From positions 160,001-224,000 of the forward strand of contig CAVPHD010000009.1 in the NCBI GenBank assembly GCA_963704165.1: a stretch of DNA of 64,000 nucleotides, written 5' to 3'. The position numbers and the translations under genes were made by a program. The notes beneath the pieces were generated by a model. The model saw only the letters and a list, made by a program, of their open reading frames with translations. It was not told the DNA's origin and did no database searches. Positions 1 through 9,577 of this stretch are shown here, piece by piece (positions within the stretch are counted from its first letter, which is position 1; each line of letters opens with the position of its first letter). This DNA comes from an uncultured delta proteobacterium. GTDB lineage: Bacteria > Myxococcota_A > UBA9160 > SZUA-336.

Positions 1-701
1 GCGGGTTCGGCGTTGCTTGCAATCGGCTGGAACTCGCCGAAGCCCGACGCCTCGAGGCGCGGAGCTGAGACGCCTTGCTCCGCGAGGAAGCGTGCGACGA
101 TCGCAGCCCGACCGACCGAGAGCTCCCAGTTGGTCGGAAAGCGGGCGGTGGCGATCGGCACGTTGTCGGTGTGCCCCTCGACGCGCACGCGGCGGTCGGA
201 GATCTTCGCGAGCTGCGTCGCGATCTTCGCCAACACCGCGCGCCCGCGCGGCTTGATCTCGACGCTGCCGGAGTCGAAGAGGATCTGGTCCATGGCGCGC
301 ACCTGCAATCGACCGCGCAGCTCTTCGATCTCGATCTCGCCCGAGCGCACCTCCGATTCGAGCTGCTCCACCAGCGCGCGGTAGGTCCCCGAAAGCTGCT
401 GGATCTCGGTCTTGCTCGTACTTCGCTCGGCCTCGAGCGTCTGGCGAAGCTCTGCATTGCCCGTGCGCTCGGCTTCGATCTCGGCGATCAGGTCGAGGCG
501 CTCCTGGTGGAGTGACTGCTTCTCCAGCATCAGCTTCTCGCGCGTCTTGCTGACGTCGAGCGCGCGTTGCTTGCACTCGATGAGATCGGACGAGAGCGCG
601 CGCTGACGCGCGATCTCGGCATGATGGCTCGCTTGCGTCGCGCAGGCGCTCGCGAAGAGCACCGATCCGAGCACGCCGATCAGACGCGAACCGCGCCTCA
701 A
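1..701 (-). CDS. OmpA/MotB-family lipoprotein with coiled coil (3' end runs off the window)
   Basis: Not in the ORF track. Manual translation from TTG at 701 (TTGA overlap with the lon stop) gives MRRGSRLIGVLGSVLFASAC (lipobox-like), a coiled coil, then ILFDSGS...VEGHTDNVPI...FPTNWELSVGRA...GFGEFQPIASN, the MotB/OmpA C-terminal motifs. Confidence 0.85.
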   Translation of the reverse strand, partial: MRRGSRLIGVLGSVLFASACATQASHHAEIARQRALSSDLIECKQRALDVSKTREKLMLEKQSLHQERLDLIAEIEAERTGNAELRQTLEAERSTSKTEIQQLSGTYRALVEQLESEVRSGEIEIEELRGRLQVRAMDQILFDSGSVEIKPRGRAVLAKIATQLAKISDRRVRVEGHTDNVPIATARFPTNWELSVGRAAIVARFLAEQGVSAPRLEASGFGEFQPIASNAEP

Positions 702-3094
702 GCCCACGCGTCCCGCCCGAACACGATCTGCAGCACCTGTTCGATCCTCTCCACGGGCTCGATCTTCATGTCCGAGATGCGATCCGGAGGAATCTCGACC
801 AGATCCTTCTCGTTCCCCGCCGGGATCAGCACGTGCGTGATCCCGGCGCGCTTTGCGGCGAGGATCTTCTCCTTGATCCCGCCGACCGGCAAGACCTTGC
901 CGCGCAGCGTGATCTCGCCCGTCATCGCCAGATCGGGTGGAACGGGCTTGTCGAGCAAGAGGCTCGCGAGCGCGGTCACGATCGCGATGCCGGCGCTGGG
1001 CCCATCCTTGGGCGTCGCGCCCGCGGGCACGTGGATGTGGATCGCGCTCTCGCCGAAGAGCGCCGGATCGAGTCGTAGCCGTGTCGCGTTGGTCTGCACG
1101 AGCGCGACCGCCGTCATCGCGGATTCGCGCATCACGTCCCGCACCGATCCGGTGATCTGGAGTTCGCCCTTGCCCTTCATGCGCGTCGCTTCGATGAACA
1201 GGATCTCGCCACCGCCCTCGGTGACCGCGAGACCGACGGAAACGCCGGGGATCTGCAGCCGGCCCGCGACCTCGGGTTCGAAACGCGCCGGGCCGAGCAG
1301 CCCGTGCAGGTCGCCGGCATCGAGCGTCGCCGAGCTCTCGCCTCCCGCTTCGACGATGCGACGCGCCAGCTTGCGCGCGATCTTCCCGAGCTCGCGCTCG
1401 AGGTTCCGCAGTCCCGCCTCGTGCGTGTAGTTGCGGATCACGCCGCGGATCGCTGCATCGGTGATCTTCGGCGCGCGTTCGCTGAGCCCGTGCTGTTCGA
1501 GCTGGCGCGGCAGGAGGTGGCGGCGCGCGATCTCGAGCTTGTCTTCTTCCGTGTAGCCCGGGAGCTCGATCACCTCCATCCGGTCCCGGAGCGCCGGTGG
1601 AATTCGGTCGAGCATGTTGGCCGTCGCGATGAACAAAACCTTGGACAGATCGAACGGAACCTCGAGGTAGTGATCGCTGAAGGCCGAGTTCTGTTCCGGA
1701 TCGAGAACCTCGAGCAGCGCCGACGACGGATCGCCCCGGAAATCGGCCCCGAGCTTGTCGATCTCGTCCAGGATGAAGACGGGGTTGTTGGTCCCGACAC
1801 GGCGAAGGGTCTGCAGGATGCGACCCGGGAGCGAGCTCACGTAGGTGCGACGATGACCGCGGATTTCCGCCTCGTCGCGCACGCCGCCGAGCGAGAGACG
1901 CGCGAACTTCCGCCCGACCGCGCGCGCGATCGAGCGTCCCAGCGAGGTCTTTCCGGTGCCCGGCGGCCCGACGAAGCACAGGATCGGCCCGCGCAGGTCG
2001 CGCTTCAGCTTCAGCACCGCGATGAACTCGAGGATCCGCTCCTTCACCTTCTCGATGTCGTAGTGGTCCTCGTCCAGGATCGCGCGAGCGCCCGCGATGT
2101 CGAGCGTGTCCTCGGTGGACGTCGACCAGGGCAGATCCGCGATCCACTCCAGGTACGAGCGGATCGAACCGGCTTCCATCGCGCCGGGTGGCTGAGCGGC
2201 CAGGCGCGCGAGCTCGCGCTCCGCGACCGTCATCACGTTCTCGGGAACCCTCGCTTCCTCGATCCGGCGGCGCAGCTCTTCGACCTGCTCGGTCGGCGTC
2301 TCGTACTCGCCGAGCTGACGCCGGATCGCGCGCGCCTGCTCTCGCAAGACGTACTCGCGCTGGTTTCGGGTCAGCTCCTCCTGCACCTGCGTGCGGATCT
2401 CCTGCTCGAGCGCGCGCACCTCCGCCTCGCGCGCGAGGTGCTCCGAGAGGCGTTCGAGCCGCTTCTCGACGTCGAGCGTCTCGAGCAGTTCCTGGCGATC
2501 GGCCACCGAGAGCCCGAGGTTCGCCGCGACGACGTCGGCGAGCGCGGCGGAGTCCTGAAGCTGCGCGACCATCGCGCGCACCGGCTCCGAGACGGTCTGC
2601 GACCCCTCGGCAACGATCGCGAACTGACGCGCCACGTTGCGATGCAGCGCCTCGAGCTCGAGGCTCTCGGGATGCGTCTCGGCCGCGGGCGTCACGCGCG
2701 CCCGCAGGTAGGGTTGAGTGGATTCGTAGGCTCCGATCTCGACGCGCCGAAGACCCTGCACCCAGAGGCGCTGCGCGCCGTCCTCGGCCTTGGTCATCCG
2801 CAGAATGCGCACGGCGGTTCCGAGCGAGTACAAGTCGCCCGGCGCCGGCTCCGTCACCTCGGGATCGCGCGCGGCGACGGTGACGATCAGCCGGTCCGCG
2901 GCGAGCGCATCGTCCACCAACCGCTTCGCGCGCTCGGTGGTCGCCGCCATCGGCGCGACGATCGTCGGAAACAAGACGGTGTTGCGCAGCGGAAGAACCG
3001 GCAAAACATCGGGCAGCGGATCCTCGAGGCGCGGGGGCTCCGTCTGCTCGACCTCTTCGTCCGATTCCGTCTCCATGAACTCGTCGCTCGTCAC
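698..3094 (-). CDS. lon: ATP-dependent protease La (Lon)
   Basis: LPVLPLRNTVLFP N-domain, Walker A GPPGTGKTS, DEIDK, catalytic PKDGPSAG. Start placed at GTG 3094 (GTGA overlap with hsp20); ATG 3076 is an alternative. Confidence 0.96.
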   Translation of the reverse strand: MTSDEFMETESDEEVEQTEPPRLEDPLPDVLPVLPLRNTVLFPTIVAPMAATTERAKRLVDDALAADRLIVTVAARDPEVTEPAPGDLYSLGTAVRILRMTKAEDGAQRLWVQGLRRVEIGAYESTQPYLRARVTPAAETHPESLELEALHRNVARQFAIVAEGSQTVSEPVRAMVAQLQDSAALADVVAANLGLSVADRQELLETLDVEKRLERLSEHLAREAEVRALEQEIRTQVQEELTRNQREYVLREQARAIRRQLGEYETPTEQVEELRRRIEEARVPENVMTVAERELARLAAQPPGAMEAGSIRSYLEWIADLPWSTSTEDTLDIAGARAILDEDHYDIEKVKERILEFIAVLKLKRDLRGPILCFVGPPGTGKTSLGRSIARAVGRKFARLSLGGVRDEAEIRGHRRTYVSSLPGRILQTLRRVGTNNPVFILDEIDKLGADFRGDPSSALLEVLDPEQNSAFSDHYLEVPFDLSKVLFIATANMLDRIPPALRDRMEVIELPGYTEEDKLEIARRHLLPRQLEQHGLSERAPKITDAAIRGVIRNYTHEAGLRNLERELGKIARKLARRIVEAGGESSATLDAGDLHGLLGPARFEPEVAGRLQIPGVSVGLAVTEGGGEILFIEATRMKGKGELQITGSVRDVMRESAMTAVALVQTNATRLRLDPALFGESAIHIHVPAGATPKDGPSAGIAIVTALASLLLDKPVPPDLAMTGEITLRGKVLPVGGIKEKILAAKRAGITHVLIPAGNEKDLVEIPPDRISDMKIEPVERIEQVLQIVFGRDAWA

Positions 3095-3531
3095 GTGGAC
3101 CTCACCGAGATCAGTCTCGTGCTGCTCTGCCGTCGCGGGAGCTCGACCGTCAGCACACCGTTCTCGAACCGAGCTTCGACCCGGTCGGCGTCGTAGGGCA
3201 CGCGCATGCGCAGCACTCGCTCGAACGGGCCCTGGGGGATTTCGATCAGGATGTGACGCTGGCTCGGCTCCGAGCGTCCGAAGCTGCGACGACCGCTGAT
3301 CTGCACGTATTCGCCATCGACGACGACGCGCACGTCCTCGTTGGGCACACCCGCGAGCTCGACGCGCACGACGACCGCGTGATCCGTCTCGTACACGTCG
3401 AGGGCCGGCCGCCACGCATCGACGCCGCCCGGAAGTCGAAGTGCCGAAACCAGCACGCGCTCGAAGGCGCGATCCATCTGCTCTTCGAGCTCGGCCAGCT
3501 CGCGGGCGATCTTGCCCCGCTGTACATGCAT
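3091..3531 (-). CDS. Hsp20/alpha-crystallin small heat shock protein
   Basis: WRPALDVYET...ELAGV...GPFERVLRM...ARFENGVLTVELP; GAGGT RBS before ATG 3531. Confidence 0.92.
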   Translation of the reverse strand: MHVQRGKIARELAELEEQMDRAFERVLVSALRLPGGVDAWRPALDVYETDHAVVVRVELAGVPNEDVRVVVDGEYVQISGRRSFGRSEPSQRHILIEIPQGPFERVLRMRVPYDADRVEARFENGVLTVELPRRQSSTRLISVRST

Positions 3532-3553
3532 CAGCGAACCTCGCGGCGGCGGA

Positions 3554-5452
3554 TCACTTCTCCTCGGTGAAATCGGCGTCGACGACCTGACCGTCATCGC
3601 CCGGTCCGCTCTTCGCACCCGCGTCCGGCTCGGCCTGCGCCTGGCTCGCCTCGGCCTTGTAGAGCGTCTCGGAGACCGCGTGCAGCGCGCGCTGCAGCTC
3701 CTCTCCCTTCGCCTTCAGCTCGCTCGCCTCCGCGGCCTCGTTCGCGAGCAGCGTCTTGCAGGCGGCGATCGCGGACTCGGCGCTGTTCAGCTGGGCGACG
3801 GGGATCTTCTCCTTGTGCTCGCGCACGGTCTTCTCCGCCTCGTACAGCATCGCGTCGAGCGCGTTTCGCGCGTCGATGCGCTCGCGACGCTGCTTGTCGT
3901 CCGAGGCATTCATCTCGGCGTCGCGCACCATCTTCTCGATCGCGCCCTTGTCCAGACCGCTCGAGCCCTCGATGCGGATCGACTGCTGCTTCTGCGAAGC
4001 CTTGTCGAGCGCCGACACCGACAGGATTCCGTTCGCGTCGATGTCGAAACTGACCTCGACCTGCGGCACACCGCGCGGCGCGGGCGGCAGACCATCGAGG
4101 ACGAATCGCCCGAGCGTGCGGTTGTCGCCCGCCATCTCGCGCTCGCCCTGCAGCACGTGGATCTCGACCTGCGGCTGGTTGTCGCTCGCGGTCGAGAAGA
4201 CCTGGCTGCGCTTGGTCGGGATCGTCGTATTTCGCTCGACGAGCTTGGTCATGACGCCACCGAGCGTCTCGATTCCGAGCGAGAGCGGAGTCACGTCGAG
4301 CAGGAGGACGTCCTTCACCTCTCCGGTGAGCACGCCCGCCTGGATCGCCGCGCCGACGGCGACGACCTCGTCGGGGTTCACGCCGCGGTGTGGCTCGCGG
4401 CCGAAGAACGACTTCACGATCTCCTGCACCTTCGGGATCCGCGTCGAGCCGCCGACGAGAACCACCTCGTCGATCGCACCCGGTGCGAGCCCCGCGTCCT
4501 TGCAGACCTGGCGCAGGGGATCGAGCGTCCGCTGCACGAGATCGTCGATCAGCTGTTCGAACTTCGAGCGCGAGAGGCGCAGATTCAGATGCTTGGGTCC
4601 GGACGCGTCCGCCGTGACGTACGGAAGGTTGATCTCGGTCTCGGTCACGGTCGAGAGCTCGATCTTCGCCTTCTCCGCGGCCTCCTTCAGGCGCTGCATC
4701 GCCATCGGATCCTTGCCGAGATCGACGCCCTGATCCTTCTTGAACTCCTCGACCAGATAGCGGATCACGCGGTCGTCGAAGTCGTCGCCCCCGAGGTGTG
4801 TATCGCCGTTGGTCGAGAGCACCTCGACGGTGTTGTCGCCGACCTCGAGCACCGAGACGTCGAACGTGCCGCCACCGAGGTCGTAGACCGCGATCTTCTC
4901 GTCCTTCTTCTTGTCGAGCGAGTACGCGAGCGACGCCGCGGTCGGCTCGTTCACGAGCCGCAGCACCTCGAGACCCGCGATCGTGCCCGCGTCCTTGGTC
5001 GCCTGACGTTGGGCGTCGTTGAAGTACGCCGGGACGGTGATCACGGCCTGCGTCACCGACTGCCCGAGGTACGCCTCCGCCGCCGCCTTCAGCTTCTGCA
5101 GGATCATCGCCGAGATCTCCGGCGGCGAGTACGACTTCCCGCCCGCTTCGACGGTGACGAGGTCGTTCTTACCCGGCGCCACCTTGTACGGGATGAGCTT
5201 CATTTCGCTCGTCACCTCGGCCATGCGCCGTCCCATGAAGCGCTTGATCGAATAGACCGTGTTCACCGGGTTCGTGATCGCCTGGCGTCGGGCGATCTGG
5301 CCGACGAGACGCTGGCCATCCTTGGTGAACGCGACGACGGAAGGCGTCGTGCGTCCCCCCTCCTCGTTGGCGATCACCTTCGGCTCACCGCCCTCCATGA
5401 CCGCGACGACGGAGTTGGTCGTGCCCAGATCGATGCCGATCACGCGTCCCAT
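3554..5452 (-). CDS. dnaK: Chaperone DnaK (Hsp70)
   Basis: [34 protein letters not shown]-terminal VVDADF; start at ATG 5452. Confidence 0.98.
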   Translation of the reverse strand: MGRVIGIDLGTTNSVVAVMEGGEPKVIANEEGGRTTPSVVAFTKDGQRLVGQIARRQAITNPVNTVYSIKRFMGRRMAEVTSEMKLIPYKVAPGKNDLVTVEAGGKSYSPPEISAMILQKLKAAAEAYLGQSVTQAVITVPAYFNDAQRQATKDAGTIAGLEVLRLVNEPTAASLAYSLDKKKDEKIAVYDLGGGTFDVSVLEVGDNTVEVLSTNGDTHLGGDDFDDRVIRYLVEEFKKDQGVDLGKDPMAMQRLKEAAEKAKIELSTVTETEINLPYVTADASGPKHLNLRLSRSKFEQLIDDLVQRTLDPLRQVCKDAGLAPGAIDEVVLVGGSTRIPKVQEIVKSFFGREPHRGVNPDEVVAVGAAIQAGVLTGEVKDVLLLDVTPLSLGIETLGGVMTKLVERNTTIPTKRSQVFSTASDNQPQVEIHVLQGEREMAGDNRTLGRFVLDGLPPAPRGVPQVEVSFDIDANGILSVSALDKASQKQQSIRIEGSSGLDKGAIEKMVRDAEMNASDDKQRRERIDARNALDAMLYEAEKTVREHKEKIPVAQLNSAESAIAACKTLLANEAAEASELKAKGEELQRALHAVSETLYKAEASQAQAEPDAGAKSGPGDDGQVVDADFTEEK

Positions 5453-5524
5453 GAACATCTTCCCCCGATGACTGAAATCCCAAGTCCGATCGGGCACTTG
5501 GAGCCCGATCCGGAAACGCGGCGC

Positions 5525-5552
5525 AAGCTAGGGCCGCCCCCTTGCGTGTCAA
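5525..5552 (-). promoter_or_regulatory. sigma70-type promoter for dnaK operon
   Basis: Minus strand TTGACA-N16-TAGCTT about 70 nt upstream of the dnaK start. Confidence 0.55.
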
Positions 5553-5558
5553 GCCGAC

Positions 5559-6008
5559 TCAGGCGACGTCGAGGAACGGGAGCGGACGGACGCGCACGAT
5601 CAGGGCGCGTTGCTCTTCGACGAACCCCGATCCACCCCACCAGCTCCGGCCGAAGACGCGCAGCACGATCCGGTTCTCGCCGTCGTGCAGACCCATCAGC
5701 GCGCCACCGGCGCCATTTCGACCGAGCGTCAGAGCGGACGTCACGTCCCGATCGTTCAAGAGACACTGGAAGGTCTCGACCGCGACCCGCGGACCGCCGA
5801 CGAACGCGACGAGCAGATCGACCGCACCGAGCGGCGTCTCGAACTCGCTCGGTGGGATCTGCACCTCCATCAGCGGCGCACCTACGAACACCCAGCGCAG
5901 AGCCCCCTCGCGGAACTCGGCCGCCCGCCCGCCCGAGCGCGCGAGTCCGAGCCAGGCGATCGCACCCAGGCCGGCGAGCAGAACGAATAGTGAGATGGAT
6001 CGCTTCAT
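5559..6008 (-). CDS. Hypothetical exported/membrane-anchored protein
   Basis: 149-aa ORF with an N-terminal hydrophobic segment (MKRSISLFVLLAGLGAIAWLG) and a beta-rich remainder; fills the gap between dnaK and gspC. Confidence 0.65.
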   Translation of the reverse strand: MKRSISLFVLLAGLGAIAWLGLARSGGRAAEFREGALRWVFVGAPLMEVQIPPSEFETPLGAVDLLVAFVGGPRVAVETFQCLLNDRDVTSALTLGRNGAGGALMGLHDGENRIVLRVFGRSWWGGSGFVEEQRALIVRVRPLPFLDVA

Positions 6009-6193
6009 CTACAGGTCAGGGATCCTACAGTCAGCGCCGCGCCGCTGCCGATTCATGAACCGTACCTGCACGAGGCGCGGATCTGGCGACGACGCGCTTG
6101 TCCGCATAGACTCGGGCGGAATTTCTCGGGTTTTCAGCCCACTTCGAGTGCGAAGCCAGCGGGGGTAGTGAGCGAGTGTTTCTGCGCTACGGC

Positions 6194-7057
6194 ATGCGAG
6201 CCCTACAGATCGCGCTCGGGATCGCGTGTCTGGCGGTGGTGTACGCGGGTCTCGCACCCGTCCTCCGCGCGGGTCCGGTCGGGGACACGACCGTCCCGCC
6301 GATCCGGGTTCCCGAGACGATCGACACCGACCTCGATCGATTCCGGGTGATCGGTACGCGGAACCTGTTCCGCACGAGGACGAGCGCGCCCGCGGCGCCG
6401 GTGGACGAGGTGCTCAAGGAGAGCGCGCTGCGGCTGAAGCTCTGCGGAACCTACGCGGCGAGTCCCGTCGAGCAATCGGTCGCTTGCATCGACGATCAAG
6501 GCACACAGAAGCGGCGCGCGTTCCGGATCGGACAGGAGATCAGCCCCGGCGTCCGCCTGATCGGGGTCGAGCGCAGACGGGCCGTGATCGACAACCAGGG
6601 CACGCGCGAGCAGCTCCGGATGGAAGAGGCTCCGGCGGGAGGAGCGGTCGTCCCCCCGCCGTCGAGGTTGTCGCGCGGCGCACCCGAAGCCGCGCCGACG
6701 CGCGCGGGCTCACCGCGGCTCTCCGAACGTCTGCGCCAGCTTCGCGAGCGCACGCCCCCACCCGCGGCTCCACCCAGCGCCACACCCGCACCGAGCAAGC
6801 TCGAATCGGCGTTGAACGGCGCTCAGCTCCTCCCCGTGTACGACGAGGGCGGAAGCTTCGGAGGCGTTCGACTCTCGGGCATCGTCCCGGACGGGCCGTT
6901 CGCGGGGCTGCCCGAGGACACGATCTGCTTCGAGTTCAACGGCCATAAGCTCGACGGGGCACAGACGCTGCCGACGGCGCTGGTGACGAACGCGACGGGC
7001 GACGCCTGCCTGCGCTGCCGTCAACCGGACGGCCGGGAGACGACACGATGCCTGTAG
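6194..7057 (+). CDS. gspC: Type II secretion protein GspC-like (TM, HR domain, degenerate PDZ)
   Basis: N-terminal TM helix, RNLF...LKLCGT...GVRLIGVERRRAVIDNQGTREQL HR domain, PDZ-like tail; first gene before gspD. Confidence 0.8.
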   Translation: MRALQIALGIACLAVVYAGLAPVLRAGPVGDTTVPPIRVPETIDTDLDRFRVIGTRNLFRTRTSAPAAPVDEVLKESALRLKLCGTYAASPVEQSVACIDDQGTQKRRAFRIGQEISPGVRLIGVERRRAVIDNQGTREQLRMEEAPAGGAVVPPPSRLSRGAPEAAPTRAGSPRLSERLRQLRERTPPPAAPPSATPAPSKLESALNGAQLLPVYDEGGSFGGVRLSGIVPDGPFAGLPEDTICFEFNGHKLDGAQTLPTALVTNATGDACLRCRQPDGRETTRCL

Positions 7058-9567
7058 CCGTCCTGCTCGCGCTGCTGCTCCTCGGCAGCGCCGACGCCGC
7101 GCGAGCGCAGGACGCGCCGCCCGCGGGCGAGACGATGGTCACGCTCGACTTCCAGGATGCGGAGATCACCGAGGTGATCGGGGTGATCGCGCAGGCCACC
7201 GGCAAGAACTTCCTCTACGACGATCGCGTGCGCGGACGCGTGACCGTGATCTCGCCCGAGCCCGTCTCGGCCGACGAGGCCTACCGCGTCTTCGAGTCGA
7301 TCCTGCAGGTGAAGGGCTTCACGACCGTGCCCGCTCCCGGCGGGGTCCTGAAGATCGTTCCGCTGCGCGACGCGAAAGAGAACCCGATCGAGACCGTCAC
7401 CGGCGCGAAGCCCATCGAGAACCGCGATCTCTTCATCACGCGCTTGCTGCCGCTCCGCTTCGTCAAGGCCGAGCAGATCAGCGAGACGCTCAAGCCGCTC
7501 GTCTCGAAGGAGGCGAGCGTGATCTCGTACGCGCCGACGAACACGCTGATCATCACCGACTCGGCCGCGAACATCCGCAGGCTCGTGAACATCATCGATC
7601 AGATCGACGTATCGACCTACCAGGAGCAGATCAAGCTGATCCCGATTCAGCACGCGGGCGCAGCCGCGCTCACCGCGCAGCTCGCCGAGATCTTCGGCAG
7701 CGAGAGCAGCAGCGCGGCGCCTGGGCAGACCGCTGGCCGCGTACGCCGCGCGCGCGCCGTGCAGCCCGGTCAGCCGCAGCCGGGAGTGCCGGGCGTCGAG
7801 ACCGTGGTCGGCGGCGGCGGCGATCCCCGCTTCATCCCCGACGAGCGCACCAACTCGATCGTGGTGATCGCCACGAAGGCGGTGCTGCGGGAGATCGAGC
7901 GGATCATCGATCTGCTCGACTACCAGCGGAAAGGCGCTGGGCGAATCCACGTCTACCGACTGCAGAACGCCGACGCGGAAGAGATCGCCCAGACGCTCTC
8001 GAGCCTCGCGACGGGCGGTGGCGCGACGCCGCGACCCGCGACGACCCGCACGAGCCTCTCGGGTCTCGGCGGTGCGGCCGGCCAGATCGCGGCGGCATCG
8101 GGCGGCGCTGGCTTTGGCGGCGCGGTCGCGGATCTCGGGGACGGCGTGCGCATCAGCGCGGATGCGCCGACGAACTCGCTGATCATCCAGGCCAGTCCCG
8201 AGGCCTACGCGACGCTCTCCGAGGTGATCGAAGCGCTCGACATCCGCCGCCCGCAGGTGATGGTCGAGGCGTTGATCATGGAGGTCGACGTCAGCGACTC
8301 GGAGGATCTCGGCGCGGGCTGGATCTACAACACGAAGATCGGAAACAACGGTGTGATGGGCATCGGCAGTGCGACGGGCGCGGCTCCCCCATCGCTCTCG
8401 TCGCTGATCGGCGGCCTGGCGAGCACCGCAGCGGGCGCCCCCAACTTCACGACCGCCCTGCTCGCCGGCTCGATCGAAGTCATCGGTCCGGACGGAGACC
8501 CGGTGTCGATCCCGATCATCCAGGCGATCATCACGGCGTCGAAGAGCGACAACGACGTCAACATCATCTCCGCGCCGACGATCCTCACCGCCGACAACGA
8601 GGAGGCAGAGATCGTGGTCGGCGAGAACATCCCCGTGCCGACCTCGCGCCTGCAGGCGACGAGCACGACCACCGACCCGAACAACCCGTTCCAGACCTCG
8701 CAGAACATCGCGCGCGAGGACGTCGGAGTGACGTTGCGCGTGACGCCGCAGATCAGCGAGGGCGACACCGTCCGGCTCAACATCTTCCAGGAGATCAGCG
8801 AGGTCGACGAGAGCAAGTCGAGCGACTCGCTCGGCCCGACGACGCGCAATCGCAAGGTCGAGAATACCGTCTACGTCCGCGACGGTGAGGCAGTGATGAT
8901 CGGCGGCATCCTCGCCGAGATTCGGGGCTCGACCGAGACCAAGGTTCCGTGGCTCGGCGACATCCCGATTCTCGGCTGGGCGTTCAAGGGCACCGCGGAC
9001 ACCGTGCGCAAGACGAACCTGCTCGTGATCCTGACGCCGAGGATCGTGCGAAGTCCCGACGACCTGCGGCGCGTCACCGTCGAGGGGCGCGAGCGCTTCC
9101 GCGACGCATCACGCGACCAGATGAATCTCAGCGAAGAGGAACAGGAGGAACGGCAGGCCGCACGCGAGTCCGGCGTCCCGCTGCCGCTCGATCCGAATCC
9201 CGTGCGCCGCGAACTCGAACGCCACGACGGTCGCTATCCGATCGGCGACCTCCCCGAACTTCGCGAACAGACGCGCGAGAGCGAGAAGGCGCGCGTGGCC
9301 GAGATCGAGGCGCAGAAGGCGAGCGAGGCCGCCGGCAGCTACCTCGTGCAGGTCGCCCACTTCGCGCTGGCCGAGAGCGCCGTCTCGCTGCTGCAGAAGC
9401 TGATGGCCGACGGCTACGACGGAACCGTGCTGACGCGCACCGAGCAGGGAACGACGACGAACTGGGTGCAGCTCGGTCCCTACACGAGCGAGGCCAAGGC
9501 GCAGGCCGTCGCGCGCGACCTGAACGCCACGCACGGGTTCTCCGCGCTCGTGATCGTGGAGCCGTAG
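7048..9567 (+). CDS. gspD: Type II secretion secretin GspD with C-terminal SPOR domain
   Basis: VTLDFQDAEI N0 domain, N1-N3 repeats, LDIRRPQVMVEALIMEV, KVPWLGDIPILGWAF secretin motif; last ~75 aa are SPOR-like. Confidence 0.95.
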   Translation: MPVAVLLALLLLGSADAARAQDAPPAGETMVTLDFQDAEITEVIGVIAQATGKNFLYDDRVRGRVTVISPEPVSADEAYRVFESILQVKGFTTVPAPGGVLKIVPLRDAKENPIETVTGAKPIENRDLFITRLLPLRFVKAEQISETLKPLVSKEASVISYAPTNTLIITDSAANIRRLVNIIDQIDVSTYQEQIKLIPIQHAGAAALTAQLAEIFGSESSSAAPGQTAGRVRRARAVQPGQPQPGVPGVETVVGGGGDPRFIPDERTNSIVVIATKAVLREIERIIDLLDYQRKGAGRIHVYRLQNADAEEIAQTLSSLATGGGATPRPATTRTSLSGLGGAAGQIAAASGGAGFGGAVADLGDGVRISADAPTNSLIIQASPEAYATLSEVIEALDIRRPQVMVEALIMEVDVSDSEDLGAGWIYNTKIGNNGVMGIGSATGAAPPSLSSLIGGLASTAAGAPNFTTALLAGSIEVIGPDGDPVSIPIIQAIITASKSDNDVNIISAPTILTADNEEAEIVVGENIPVPTSRLQATSTTTDPNNPFQTSQNIAREDVGVTLRVTPQISEGDTVRLNIFQEISEVDESKSSDSLGPTTRNRKVENTVYVRDGEAVMIGGILAEIRGSTETKVPWLGDIPILGWAFKGTADTVRKTNLLVILTPRIVRSPDDLRRVTVEGRERFRDASRDQMNLSEEEQEERQAARESGVPLPLDPNPVRRELERHDGRYPIGDLPELREQTRESEKARVAEIEAQKASEAAGSYLVQVAHFALAESAVSLLQKLMADGYDGTVLTRTEQGTTTNWVQLGPYTSEAKAQAVARDLNATHGFSALVIVEP

Positions 9568-9577
9568 GAGGAACCGG

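Noticed and set aside
3512..6058. 848-aa plus-strand ORF antisense to dnaK
   Set aside because: Long antisense frames opposite dnaK and other conserved genes are a known by-product of codon bias in GC-rich DNA; no recognisable motifs. The same applies to the shadows of lon, uvrB, uvrC and cysS.
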